Below, piece after piece: positions 1-13,500 of a stretch of 64,000 bases of DNA. Origin of the DNA: Azolla caroliniana (Eukaryota > Plantae > Polypodiophyta); NCBI GenBank assembly GCA_043228905.1, contig JBHGNT010000017.1, forward strand, positions 2,542,001-2,606,000, written 5' to 3'. Numbering within the stretch: position 1 is the first letter of the stretch; each line of letters opens with the position of its first letter. The position numbers and the translations under genes were made by a program. The notes below the pieces were generated by a model, which worked only from the letters and a program-made list of their open reading frames with translations, was not told the DNA's origin and did not search any database.

Positions 1-286
1 CAGCCCTCTCTCGTTACAACCCCATATACTCCATATAACTTGAATACGAAAAGGTTCGGTTGGTTCGGTCGGGTCAATTGATTCAATCGGCTCGGTTGGG
101 TCAGCCGGTTCGGGCTGGCTCGGTTGATTCGGACGGGCCGGTTGGACCGCCAGCCCAAGGAACAAGTCTCTTCCAGCCTCTCTCCAGGCTACGCACACCA
201 TGACCATGCTCTTTCATATCATGCCAGTGCAACCCTCTCTCGTCACAACCCCATATACTCCGGATAACTTGAATACGAAAAGGTAA
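1..286. repeat. ~55-bp direct repeat flanking a GGTTCGG-rich tract (probable transposon subterminal region)
   Basis: ccctctctcgtYacaaccccatatactcc..ataacttgaatacgaaaaggt occurs at ~4-55 and ~233-284; 53-150 is made of ggttcgg/ggctcgg/gccggtt motifs. Confidence 0.55.
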
Positions 287-2996
287 CAAACAGTAATATT
301 ATGCACCTCTTCGGAGCATAGTTCCATCCATGCCCCCATATTCATTACAAGTATATGTATGTATGTGATCCATCTGTGTCCTCATATCCATTACAAGAAT
401 ATGTATGTGATTGTACAACGTGCAAACAAAAATATACCTCTCGTTGTGATATATCATGTTTGAAATATATAGTTATGTCGCTTTTGGGAAGTTCGATAAA
501 AATAGATAAAAAAAAGAAACTTCTCTTAGCATCCTTAAAAGTCTATTTAAATAAGAAGTTGTATCGCAATCCATTTTTTGTGATTGCTTCCATGCACATG
601 CAACCACTATTTGATTTGATGGAAATACGAAAACACTAAGATATATCAAGCAATTGTATATATCGATAAGATACGTGCAATAGCCACGTGGATTTTTAAA
701 ACATGGTACCTCTTTGATAATCTATTAGGAGTTTTCTTATAGCTAAAGGTTGTGACTACTTCTACGAAGAGGTATAGCATTATACATGGACCATGGTAAT
801 GATGAAAATTTTATGTGTTCTCATCACATAGAGTCTTCTTGCAACACTTCGTGCGTTTATACAATGATTTTCCCTTTGAATTGAAACTCTTGTCTCATAT
901 GCACGTGAAATAAGCTAGTACCATAATTTATTTATTTTTTTCCAAAACAATATTCTTCATTAGTATAAACTAGTACAATAAATTAATGGCCACATACTCA
1001 ATAGATAAAAAATCTCATGACATTAATACTCATATTTAGAGGATCCTTCTTATTTTGGCCTCTCTATAAGTATTGTTGATTGTCTCATCAAATTCCCTTT
1101 GTCACTTTTTCTCCGAATATCGTATTTGTTAGCCTTTGTTGTTGATTTGGCAACTTCCCATTATTTCTTGAATTGGTTAGACAATTTGAAACATCTTTAT
1201 GCTTTTATATTTTCTTCTCACTGTTATCTTAATATTCATGACATTTCAATTGGTCAGACATTTTAAAGTTGACTTTGATGCACATTCATAACCATTACGT
1301 AAAACACTATATTTATATCATCCTCCTTATTTCTTTATAATCATTATCGATGATTATATCATTTTATTCGGCAAAATATTAGCATTAATTCATATTATAT
1401 TAATATTACGTGCTACCCCTCCTTAATTTTCTTGACTTTCTCGAAGTAATATAACAATTCCTGGTACTTTGCCGATTATTTTCTTCAATCAAAGTAAAAG
1501 TTCGATCATTCATTTTGATTGCTACATACATTTCACAGAGTCATTGGGTAAGACAACTAGATGACACAATTTACATATAAATCACAAACTTGATACTTCT
1601 ATTTGCATAATTTGATACTTGTCATTTGTGCATCGCATATAAGCCAAAATGAATCGACAAATCAAGATGAGTGCTACTTGTTGCTATCTTCCTGACAAGG
1701 ATAAGGTTTTTGGTACTTGATTTTTATGTTTTGTACTATTCACAATTGAGTTTTACACTCTCTAATGTCACTAAAGAGTGATTCCAAGTGGTATCCAACC
1801 AAAGGAAGAGAAGAAACTAACGTTTCACTCATCGAAGAGTTCAGACAACCACATGGGTAGATGGAAAAACTATCTATCCAAGTGATAATTGTGCTTCAAC
1901 TATATAAACCACTATCTTGCTTGTCCACATCGATGTTGTATGTCAACAACCTCGATCAAGTTAAACAGGTTTATGTCCAACTTCTCATTTGACCTAATGC
2001 CACATCAATGTGGATTATGTTTTCACATTGAATATGAACCATGCATAAATTTATAGAGAACTCAGATTTTCATGAGTATTCACAACTTTAAAGAGCATGA
2101 TTCTCTCACTTTTGTATGTGAATGGTATATAAAACTAGAAAAGGTTTGATGTTTCTTAGTTTCATGATACCGATAATTTTGATGAAAGTTTGGGTTAAAT
2201 TCATTTCATAAGGCTAACTGGTTTTAGGGCAACAAAGGTATTTGTATTTTCAATGGTATCGAAACATGCTTTGGTTGTTAACCCATAATTTTATTTTCTT
2301 TGAAAGTCGGCGTCTAATAAAAAGACGAATTCCCTTTGTCGTTTTAATACTAAAGATAATGACATGCTTATTATTCTAGTTCTTACGATGTGCAACAATT
2401 ATTATAACTCGTCAAATTCAAGCAGATAATCTTATCGGATGCTTGATACTTTGGATACACATGATTCATATTTCTATTAATAATCTAATGAGAATATGCA
2501 ATCTAAATCGAATATGTGATTTGACATGCAATCTAAGAATGATGCTTATTTCCTCTCAACCGACACACAACATTGATTACCATTTCGATTGATATGGTTA
2601 TCTAAATATGCAATCTATTTGAAAATGTTTTGCATTTCGATTGAGATGCTTATTCAGGATTTTGAATATATGCACTAATTTTAGCTTCAACAGAGCATTG
2701 TTCGTGCTGTTTTGATACACATTCTTTGTCAAGCATGTGATCCAATGGAAATGCTTTGTATTTCAATTAATAAGCTGCTTATTCATTCTTTCGAAGAACC
2801 ACGCCATAGCCCCTCCTCATATGTTTCTGGATGGACAAACTCAAACCAGTCCGTGGTCCTCCCAATTTTGCATGGCTTTTTTTTTCTATTCCTCTCTCTT
2901 TATACACCGAGTATTCTCTTTTTGAGATTTGTAATCTCCGAAGAAGGTTTTCATAGGGCTTTATCCTTCTCAGGCATCGTGTAAACACGAAGAGTT

Positions 2997-4633
2997 CAGG
3001 TTGTTAGCCCAAATGAAATGGTTAGACATCTTGGCTATCCATTGGGATGGAATGCAATAGGGAAACGAAAGGCTGAATGGGTTCTGCAAAAAGTGAGACA
3101 AAAGCTAAGCTATTGGAAGATTGCAACATGGCCACTCCATGTCAGATTGAGGATTGTGCAATCAATATTCATGGCTTATATGCAGTATTACTTAATTATG
3201 ATTGATTGGCCGAAACACATGATACAAAAGATTAACTCATAAATCATAAGTAGCTTTTGGTCCTCTAAGCAGTCGCATAGAGGTATACGACTTTCATCAC
3301 TAGAGAAGATATGCACTCCATGATTGAGTGGAGGGCTAAATTTTCTTAATTTGCATTTGCATATGTTGGCTAGAAAAGCTACTTTATTGCCAAAATTTGC
3401 TGAAAAAACATTGCCTTGGACAAGAATGCTATCTGATATGTTTGATCATTTGAAAACTAAGTCATTTGGCTCGTGGGAAACTAATCATTGGGATGTAGTG
3501 TTTGGAAAGCTTGACGGACACATCAAAGGTTGTCCGTTTAGCTCAAAGCTTCTAAAGCACTGGAAGGACGTATTGCACCACATAAAATGGAAAGGTAGGA
3601 ATTCAGAATCAAGGAACTCTTTACGCCTCGAAAGCTTACACTGGAGTGCTATATTCCCATGGTCATTAGCTGAACAAGAGCCTAGGAAAGCTTATTTTTT
3701 AGCAAAGAAGGGGCTGAAATCAATTGCAGATGTGGTAAAGGACCAAGGTCACTTATTGCACTTCAATGACATGACATGTCGTTATAATCTTGGGCCACAT
3801 CATCGCGTTATATGGAATCAAGTCACTGAGTTGGTGCTTTCCTTAATACCTATGCCACCTCTCAATGGAAATCGCAAGATTCAGGATTGGATGTTACAAA
3901 AAGGGAACATTGTTATTCCAATGCATAACATTACAACACATTCAATGTATATGTTGTTGCAACCTATCCCATGGTTTCACGAACATGCAAATGCATTATG
4001 GAACCTACACAAAACGCAGTCTTGGTGAAATAACAGGCTTGCAAGCTTATGGAGCTCTGGTTTTCCACTTAAGCAACGGGTATTCCTATGGAGATGCTTA
4101 TTGGGTGTGCTCCCGACTAGGTTGAATCTTCAAAAGTGATCGATAGCCTCGCCGCATTGTGCAAGATGTGGTGGACGATTGGAAACAGTCCCACACTTAT
4201 TATGGACTTGTTCATTCACTACAACATTTGTACAAAGACTAAGTGCATCTCTTTATCACAGATTTCTTGGCCAAAGGTTTGGTAAACACTTTTGGATATT
4301 TGGACAAATTCTATGCACCCTATCCGACAATGCGTATTTTCTCCAATGGACATGATTTTGGGCACTTTGGACCATTTGGACAGCCCACAATAATAAGGTC
4401 TTTGATCGAAGCCAATTGCATGAAGTTAGCTTCTTTAAGTAATCCCTCGGGCAATCTATATTTGATTGTCTGCAACTTAGAGACATCATGCTCCAAATTT
4501 ACAACCATTGCTTTGAGTGCTTTTAAGCTCTTTAGTGTCTAATCGACACTTCTATATTTTTCTTTATTCTTTGTGGGTTTTCACCTCACTTTGAGGTTTC
4601 CAACTAGTAATAAAAGTGTTACTAAAAAAAAAA
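2997..4633 (+). mobile_element. 5'-truncated, degenerate L1-type LINE (RT C-terminus and zf-RVT) with poly(A) tail and probable TSD
   Basis: Broken ORFs (RHLGYPLG, SGGLNFLNL, HCARCGGRLETVPHLLWTC) with stops at ~3240, ~3321, ~4026. AATAAA at ~4609, A-tail 4624-4633. Flanks aaacacgaagagtt (2983-2996) and aaacacaaagaatt (4631-4644). Confidence 0.85.
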
Positions 4634-4925
4634 CACAAAGAATTATCTCTATCATTCGCAGATTATACAGTAATTCTGATCACAGGTTGCTGTTCGAAAG
4701 AAAAATAGCAAATACATGTATGTTATGGTAATGCAAGTCTTTTATTTTGCATAACGACTCCTCTTGCATCTGAACCTGGAACAAAAATCTTGGTTTAACA
4801 AGCATGTCAAGGAAAAAGCTTAGTTTTTATACCTGCTGGAAGGAGGGATACAACTACTTCAAATCTATTTAAGCTCTATTTTCTTCAAGAAAGAGCTTTT
4901 GTAGAAAATTTGGAAATTGGTCACT

Positions 4926-7020
4926 ATGGAGCAATTGAATACCATTGGAAGAGAGCTCACAATGGGCTCTCAGGCTTCAGCAAAAGAGTTTCTTGAACTC
5001 ATTAAGGAGATCATTGAGGCCAAATCAAAGGACCAAGAGGAAAGGATAGTCATCCAAGAAGTTGGGATGCTGAAGAATAAAATTTCTGAACCAGATGTGC
5101 CTCGAAGAAGAATGAAAGACTATATAATTCTGCTTTTCTATGTCAAATGCTTGGACATTAAATACAAGCTGTGAAGATGACCCATGAAGATAATTTGCTG
5201 TTGAAAAAAGCTGGATATCTTGTAGTGACATTGTTCCTTAATGAGGACCATGATCTCATACTTGTAATCATCAACACCATTCAGAAGGATCCGAGGTCAG
5301 ATAATTTCCTAGGTTGTTGTGATGTCCTACAGCTGCTCATATAATAATAAATGAAGAACAAATTCCAGCTGTCTTGCCCCAAGTACCAGATCTATTGGGA
5401 CATCAAAAGGAGATTGTTCAGGAAAAGACAGTCATGGTGTTGCATAGATTCCACTAAAAGTCTCCATCAACAGTTGCACATTTGATGCTGAAGCTCAGAA
5501 AGGTATCGAACTGAGTTTGCATCAATAGTCGTGTCCTTATATGTTTATGCAATGATTGGTCATAGATTACCTGATTTATATGTAATCTCCTTGTTCCCTT
5601 TCAAAAACGTGAAATGGAAGTGTAGAATAAATAAAAATGTAAAGCATTATACAGACACATAAGGTACAGTATGGAAGTGGAGCTTCATTTAGGTATTTAT
5701 GGTATTTAGGGAGTTTTTCTGAAAATTTTGGGAACTACGATCAAAACAAATATTTGGGTGTTCTAGTTGCAGGAATATTAGAATCTGTATCAAATTTTCT
5801 GGAGTGATTTTACCCAATATAGTGGACGAGAGAGAAATGAGGTGAAAAAAATATCAACGAAAATATTTGTACTTTTTCACGCATTCTTTTTATGAGTAGC
5901 AATACGTTTTGTGTTTGTTTTGACTGAAACCTTCACAGCACTTTCATTTGGGTTTGAGGATATAACAGGTTTTCCTGCTTCACTGGTTTCAACGCATGCG
6001 TGTATATGGTTTATTATTGATTACAGATCATGTGCGTAAATGATCCAAGTGTGATGGGTGCATCTTTATGTGCTCTTTTTTATCTCATCTCAGGGGATAT
6101 ATACTCGTATAAGAATTTGACCTCTCGGTTCGTCAACATTTTGAAACAAGTGATTGAGCACAGGTTACCTAAACCATACAATTACCACAGTGCTCCAGCT
6201 CAATTTATACAGGTATTCTTATAAAAACGGCATTGAGTATATTATGAGTGTGGTATATTTACATCTTGAACATCCAATCTTCTTATTTCAGATAAAATAG
6301 CAGAAAATTCCGGTGTTACTTGGAGCAGGGGATAAGAAAACAAGTGAGGATATGTACAGTCTTCTCATGATGTACTGAGAAAAGCAGAGAAAAATGAAAA
6401 CATTAGAAATGCATTAATATACGAGTGCATCCACACAATTACCTCCACTCATCCCAATACCAAACTTTTAGAGACTCCAGGTGAAAACATATTTAGATAG
6501 GGTAGAGGTTGGGTATGATATGCAAGGTTTTTCTTCTTCTGGTTGTGAACTCTGCTCAAACCTTAAGAGAGTCTGGGGTATAGATGTTATAACTTGCTCA
6601 CATCACAAATGCAATGTGTTTTCTCTATTGTTGGCAGGACCCAGATGATACATTGAAGCGGCAAACTTTGGAACTTCTGTACAAGATGACAAAGTCATCA
6701 AGTGTAGAGGTTATTGTTGATCGCATGATCAGCTATATGAAGGGGTTAACGGATGAACATCATACTCGATGCATAGAATTAACTAAGTGCTTTCCACCAT
6801 GGAATCAATGGTTTATGCAGGTACATCTTACATGGGACTTTCTCTTCATTAACTTTCCCACTGGATATTACTTATTACTTCTGGCGGACGATGAACCGAG
6901 TGTTTGAGCATGCAGGTGATCTTGTACCTGTTAAAGTAGCACATGATTTGATGAGATTAATTGCAGACAGTGCTGGTGAAGAGGATTAAGATGCTAAGAG
7001 CTAACTTTGGTTTCCTGCAG
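4926..7020 (+). pseudogene. AP4E1: AP-4 adaptor complex epsilon subunit pseudogene, intron-containing, N-terminal half only
   Basis: MEQLNTIGRELTMGSQ..SKEFLELIKEIIEAKSK, NDPSVMGASLCALF, DPDDTLKRQTLELLYKMTKSSSVEVIVDRMI and VFEHAGDLVPVKVAHDLMRLIA match plant AP4 epsilon. Frameshift/deletion near 5140-5165, stops at ~5456, ~6298, ~6987; GT-AG introns retained. Confidence 0.9.
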
Positions 7021-8050
7021 TATGTATTACTCATCAAAATATTTGTTTTGTTGCCTAAACCAAATTCTTGGTGTAACTCAAGCCCTCATTCCCATCAAGG
7101 AGGGGAATCTAACCATAAAATTCTTTATGCATCCCAATAGCAATTGTGAACATTCTCTTGGGTTCTGTGGCATGAACACTAGATTCTTGATGTTAATATA
7201 TATTAATGTGAAATATTTTTGAATTTAAATATATTATCTGTTTATGTTTCTTCCTATTTTATGCTTAATATTTCTAAGAAAATTGGCGCTGGATGACACA
7301 CACGCTGCAGTACATATGGTGGGTTTGAAGGTGTGAATTTTGATTTAACATGGCTTTGTGACTGGAGTCAGTCATTGTGTTTGCCCTTGAGAAGTTATGT
7401 GAGGATTTTTCTTGGGGAAGAGGTTTTTGGACTAGACACTGTCCTTATGGTTAAGACCTTCCTATTTTAGTGATGCATTGATAATACTTTTCGTATCAGC
7501 TACCTTTGATTTGAGAGGGGATTGCTGGGATTGATCCTAAACACAATACTTGGAAGTATCTCCTACTCACTTTCACGATATAAAGGGGATAATGCATAAC
7601 ATTAATGTCATTTTGATGTTCTTGTGTTTTCCATCTTTCCTTCCTATTACTCTTTAGTTATCCACAAATTTTTACAATGATAAAGGACTGTAGAAGGGAT
7701 GATATGGATACTTTTTTTAGGTGTTTCAATATGGTCAGCTTTGCTGAGCTAGTAGATTTTTTGAAATTGATGTGTGTATGGTTGAATTTAATGCCCAAAA
7801 CAAACTGTATTTTAGATTTTGTTCACTTGGCCATAAACAGAAATTCATTGTTGGGAACTAATTGGAAGTCACTCCTGCAATGGAACATTGTTCTCTCTCA
7901 TTTTACTCTGGTTTTTTTAATCTAGTGAAAACAGTCTTATTATTGGTAAATACTAATTTATCACGAGCTCAAAGTTTCCTTATCAAGCATCGAAGGGTTG
8001 CATCATTAAAACAATGCAATGCTAAGAATAAGGGATTCTTCCTAGTAGCA

Positions 8051-8236
8051 TTTTACACACTGAAATGATTCATCAAATAAGGGATTCTCCCTAGTAATCT
8101 TTCACAAAATTGCCAAATCAATACTTTCTTGAACTTTTGTAGAATTTTACATACTGAAATGATTCATTAAATAAGGAATTCTCCCTAGTAATCTTTCACA
8201 AAATTGCCAAATTCATACTCTCTTGAACTTTTGTAG
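8051..8236. repeat. Tandem duplication, ~94-bp unit x2
   Basis: ttttacaYactgaaatgattcatYaaataagg.attctccctagtaatctttcacaaaattgccaaat..atact.tcttgaacttttgtag occurs twice. Confidence 0.9.
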
Positions 8237-8637
8237 ATATGTGTTAACTCCATGCCTACCATCAAATACAAAAGCCTAATATGACACAATCCTAATAAAT
8301 TAGAAAGAGGAAAATGTCTAATGAGCAATCAAACACTTATGTGGTGGAAAAGAAGCAATTACTTGTTGCTAGTCCATGTCTCTTTAGTGTCAATCCCAAA
8401 GGTAAACCCCCAATCAATACTCTCCAAATGAGGTCCTTTGCTAAAAGTAACAATTTAGAATGCCAACTAAGTACATTTTAAGATTTGCCATTAAAGAGAG
8501 ACTCAATGGAGCAATGGTATAAGAGATTGGTTACTTGTAAAAACCAAATTTGACATCATAAACATCAATCAACCCATGTTTGCTCTTTGGTTTGTATAGA
8601 TTATACACTAAGACACAAACAAACACATATAATATAG

Positions 8638-8800
8638 ATTGTCTTAGCCAGGCATGGTTGTCTTTCTCTCCTTGGCTAAGACAATTTATATATCTATCTT
8701 AGTATGGATAATGCATGCTTATCTTTCTCTCATTGATTAAGACAATCATGTATGTCCATTAGTACATGGGTAATGCATGTTTATATTTCTCTCATTTGAC
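8638..8800. repeat. Degenerate ~60-bp tandem repeat x3; first unit is palindromic
   Basis: Recurring gcatg...tttctctc.ttg..taagacaat; attgtcttagcca (8638) pairs with tggctaagacaat (~8673-8685). Confidence 0.6.
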
Positions 8801-10575
8801 ATGATATTGGTGATAAATGCAGTAAATGAGCAAGAGTTGGGGAGAGTTAGGAGGGTTATTAGAAGTCATTGCAAGCATCATTTATGGGAAGCAAGGATGC
8901 CCAATCTCCCATAACCAGTTGAGCTTTACATCGACAAGGTAGTAGATTACATCACATCTAGTGACAATGAAGGAGTTAACATATTACATATACCTGTCCA
9001 CACTCTTATTTATACTAATGACAAACTTAGCTTCTAAATCTTGGGTTTCAACTCTCAACATCATCGCAATTCCCTATATGGTTTTTGTGGTGAGGAAGGG
9101 CACATGTATAACACAACCATATGGGCTCAAAAGCTCATAGATGATACACAGTAAAGCCTCTAGCCCAAATGAGATCATCCAAGCTAAATTGGCCATATCT
9201 CCCCATGATGGTAAAATCACTATCCCAAACGGTGAGCCTCATCGACCATATCCAAACCTTGCCAACCTTGATAATTACATGGAAGGCATTTGAAGCATCG
9301 AACAAAGTGGGGACAATAGAATATGGAGAAGTATTGTGATACTCATAGATGATGAAATGGTTCAACAACAATAACTTTGGCATCGAGAATTTGCCACCTG
9401 TTTGAAATTGTACAACTCTCCAAATTTAAGAATGAAACAAAGTATTGCGGCATGCAAGGTCTATACCTAAAAGACTTGGATCACACCAAGGGAGGCTATA
9501 TTGCTAGTGGGAATTAACCTACTACTCTTCATCACCATTCGAGAAGTGATGGAGAATGTTGACGTTGATAGCAGACAACCACCCAACACATATGCAAATA
9601 GGTTGCGTGCCTCATTTGAGTCTCATCGTCTAGTCCCTAAAATTGGATAAACGAACTTGGTGTATAACAAACCATGCACTAAACAAGATAGGCATCCAAA
9701 GATGCCTACCCACCCCAAATTCGGTCCCAAAAGAGCTTCACTTCCTCTTAACAGTCACTCACTGGGTGAAGATGGTAAAGCACGATGACAGACTTCAAAC
9801 GTTTGTTTTCCATGGGGTAATCCAAAGGGCATGAAAACAATTCCTAAAGGTTCCATTATTATGCTAAAGGATCAAAACCACCAGGGAGAGAAACACATAG
9901 CAGGTAAGTTATATACTTACCAAGGCCAAATTCCTAAAACCCTCCCAAAACCCTTGGTGGCCAAAACCAATACCTTCTTGAAGAGCAAAAAGAAAAAACT
10001 AAGGCGAGAAAAAGATCCGTGGGAAGTAAGGTTCTTTCATTTCATTATTGCCTCTGTTCTTCTTCTTCTGATTCTTCTTCTTCTCCTGCGCCGCTCGCAA
10101 CCTGCAAATGCAAGTCACAAACCACCTTTGATTCCCTTCAGCAGCTATACATCTCCTTTCTTTCTCTCTCTCTCCTCTCTCTGTTCTCCCCCCTTGAGGC
10201 ATCCATCCTCACGGTAAGTTTATTTGCCCTCGATTCCTTCTTGTATGCTTCTCATTCAATCCTTTTATGGGGTAATCTGTGGCTACGTAGGTTTTGACAA
10301 GAAATTTTGTGAACTCTAAACCTATTCAATCCCTCCTCGGCTCTTTTGGATGGTTTTGGGTCCATTCATTGGTGTTCCCCAGACCCACTTTTTTGTTGGA
10401 ATCCTGGAACTGAGTCGTAATTCATTACCTTTTCCTCTTTGCTATGGCATTCAAAAAATTTCACTCACCATGGTTAATTCTAAGAAGTTCCTGCTATGAA
10501 CGATTTCAGGTTTCAGTTTTCTGCTGCTGTGGACTTCATAACAACGTAGAATATTTGTTTTAGTATCAATCGCCG

Positions 10576-13500
10576 ATGGCTACCGCTGAGAGAAGGTGAT
10601 TTTCCCATTCTACTAAGGATAAGACATGGTATTTAGTTGGCTCAATCATGGGTTCATATAAAAACTAATAAAGAACCAGCTATCATTTATTTGAATACGG
10701 TGGCATAAACATACACATAACTACATTATTAGAGGTTAATTATGTCAAGAGTAGGGTTGCTATGTATAGCTATTGGATGGCTTCTGGTTTGAAGGCCATA
10801 GTCCTGGATGACCATGCCGAAGTCTACCACTCATATGGAATGAATCATAGATTATAGACTGTGTATTGATAAAATGGATGACGGAGAATAGAGTGCACAA
10901 TGATGTCTAGCTCATTATGTATCAACAAAAATTTCTGCCAGATAATATTCATCCATACATTGGCTGGCTAAAGGAAGTGCAATAACTAAGAGGCCTACTC
11001 TAAAGCTGTTGGAATATCCAATAACATTTATTGAAAGGTCACCCCATGTCTTTGACATTCAATCTATATCTAGCACAGCTATTAGAGTATAGAGACAATG
11101 AATTTGTGTTGTTTCTGAGTCTTACAGGCCATATTTGGCTTCCCAAGGAGGTATTATATATACCTAGACTTAATTAATCCTGAATATTACAAAGTAATGC
11201 ATTTTCTCATAATGCAGGGATGTCAGTGTCTGTTTATGTAATTTTTTACCTCAATGACATGGAAAATCATATGTGATACCCCTTCTTAATTCTGATGGAA
11301 TAAAATCACGCAGAGTGGGCTCTGCTCGGAGAGGAATGACACTACTTGGGAAAATTCCAGCAGCTCCAAAGCCTATCAATTTGCCCAGCCAAAGGTTTAA
11401 TTCGATAAGTTCTCGATTGATTGCTTCAATGGCCAATATTTTCTTTATTTACAGCAGGAATGTTACTGTTGTAGGTTGGAGAATCAAGGACTTGTCCCAC
11501 ATGTGGAGAGGTATGTATGTATGTGTCTTTTTCCATTGCATTTTCCAGAGCCAAGAAATTGAGATCAGATATGCAATTTAATTTTTATGAAATTCTTAAA
11601 TTTGGACAAAAGCTTGGGGCAGGCTTTTTACATTTTTCGAAGATGGTTAATATTTCAGGGGAACATTCAGTTGGGGGGGTCTTGCTGGACAGCTAAATTC
11701 TTCTGGTTCCAAATCTGCAAACACAAATAAGAATGAAAATGTTACAAAATCGGAAAATGATTTGGCTTCAAATAAAAAGGGAGAAGGCTTGGTTGAGAAG
11801 AATACTCAACATCTACCTACGGAGAGCAATACCTCGCTCCCTTCCTCGGCTTTTACAAATCGATCCGATGTTACCAGCAGCATTTGTTTCAATTCAGCAA
11901 GCACTGAATCTTTGGATGGTGACATAAAGGTGTACCCTGGGTCTACATCGGATGATGATTCCAGAAGTTTAACTAAGAATGCAAAGAGCCCCACTCATTC
12001 AACTTCTGGTTCCGAAAATACCAGCATTGGTTTGGACAATGCTAACAAGGTGAGGATTCATGCTGTTATTCTAACTGATAGGATTGTGACATTTTCTGTT
12101 CATATGATCACATTTATTCTTCCTCTGATGAAAGCAGTTGGAGGACCCTGCAAAATCGCATGCATTTGCTCCTAATTGTTTTGCTGATGCCTGGGTACAA
12201 GGACGCAAACAAGTTTCAGATCCAGAGTCTCTTCTGAGTGAGTCATTCTGTGGATTGTCTAATGTAAATCATTGTTATGTTTCACTTATGTGTTGGGTGA
12301 TTCATTATGCAGACAAAGATGAAGGTAAAAGCGGTGACTCCAAGCAACCTACAGGCCCAGGCTACTCTTGTTATACATACAATAGTTACCCTCATTTCTT
12401 AATGCCCGGTATGCCTTATGCCCCTGCGACTTACAATCAACATCATGGACCTTATGGCGTGTCAAGTATGCCATTTTACAGCGATGCAAAGGGCAGGGAG
12501 GTCGTCATAATTCACATGTATGGAAATCCTGGTTTTTATGGGGGCGTTTTTCCTCAGCCGGGATTCTCAGAGCATTATAGCAGGCCTCTCATGTATAGTC
12601 AGTTCCCTCTGCAATTCGGGCAATTCGAGCCGGTATTTTATCCTGAACATGAAATGGGAGATGGTGCATCACAAAGCACAAACCCTCCTTTCTTTTGTGA
12701 GCAATCCGAGTTTGCACAATATGGGCATGAAAATTACAATGATGAATGGGCAAAAGAGAATATGGGCAAAGATACACACGTTGGTGAGGCTGGATTGCCT
12801 GCTCCAACTTCTGCCATTAAAATTATGCCTCGTTTGCATAAGCATAGCATGACAAAGAAGGCAGGGAGAAGCCATTGGAATGTTAAAGGAATTTGTACAA
12901 AGCCATCTGATGTTGTGTCACTACCTGGGAGAAGGGTTACTTTGCTGACAAAAGTGTCTCAGCATGAAATAATCATTGACAGTCTCTGTAAAAAGAGTCA
13001 AGATAGTGGAACTGAATCACCAACAACGACCTTGGCGAATCTTCCAGTGTCCCCTCACTTTGGTAAAGAAGCTCAGGAGGATGAGGGCATGGAGAAAGCA
13101 TCGACAGGAACTTCTGTTTCTGATAAGGCTGTTGATGATTGTGCAATACCAAGCTTAAAAAGTGAAGTCTATCTACCCCAAACAGGTGCTCCAAAAACCA
13201 TAAGGGAAACTGCAGTTGCAAAAACAACATGCCATACCTTAGGTGAGGACAATATTACTCATGTTCCCTCTCCTGCACTAGCAGAGATCCATGTTGATGA
13301 ACACTCTGTCATTTCTTCTAAGATTTTGTCTCCTCTGATTTCCCCTGGTTCTGTACTGGATAGTTCAAGTAATGATACAAAAGGAAAAACATCCCAAGAA
13401 ACTGGTCCTTCTAAGGATAAGGATTACTTTATTGATTGTATACAAAATCCGAAAGATGCGTTGGATATGGATAAACAGAAATGTAGGCAAAGGGGAATCA

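Noticed and set aside
8800-9900. Possible old LINE remnant
   Set aside because: Too degraded; no diagnostic motif I can read with confidence.
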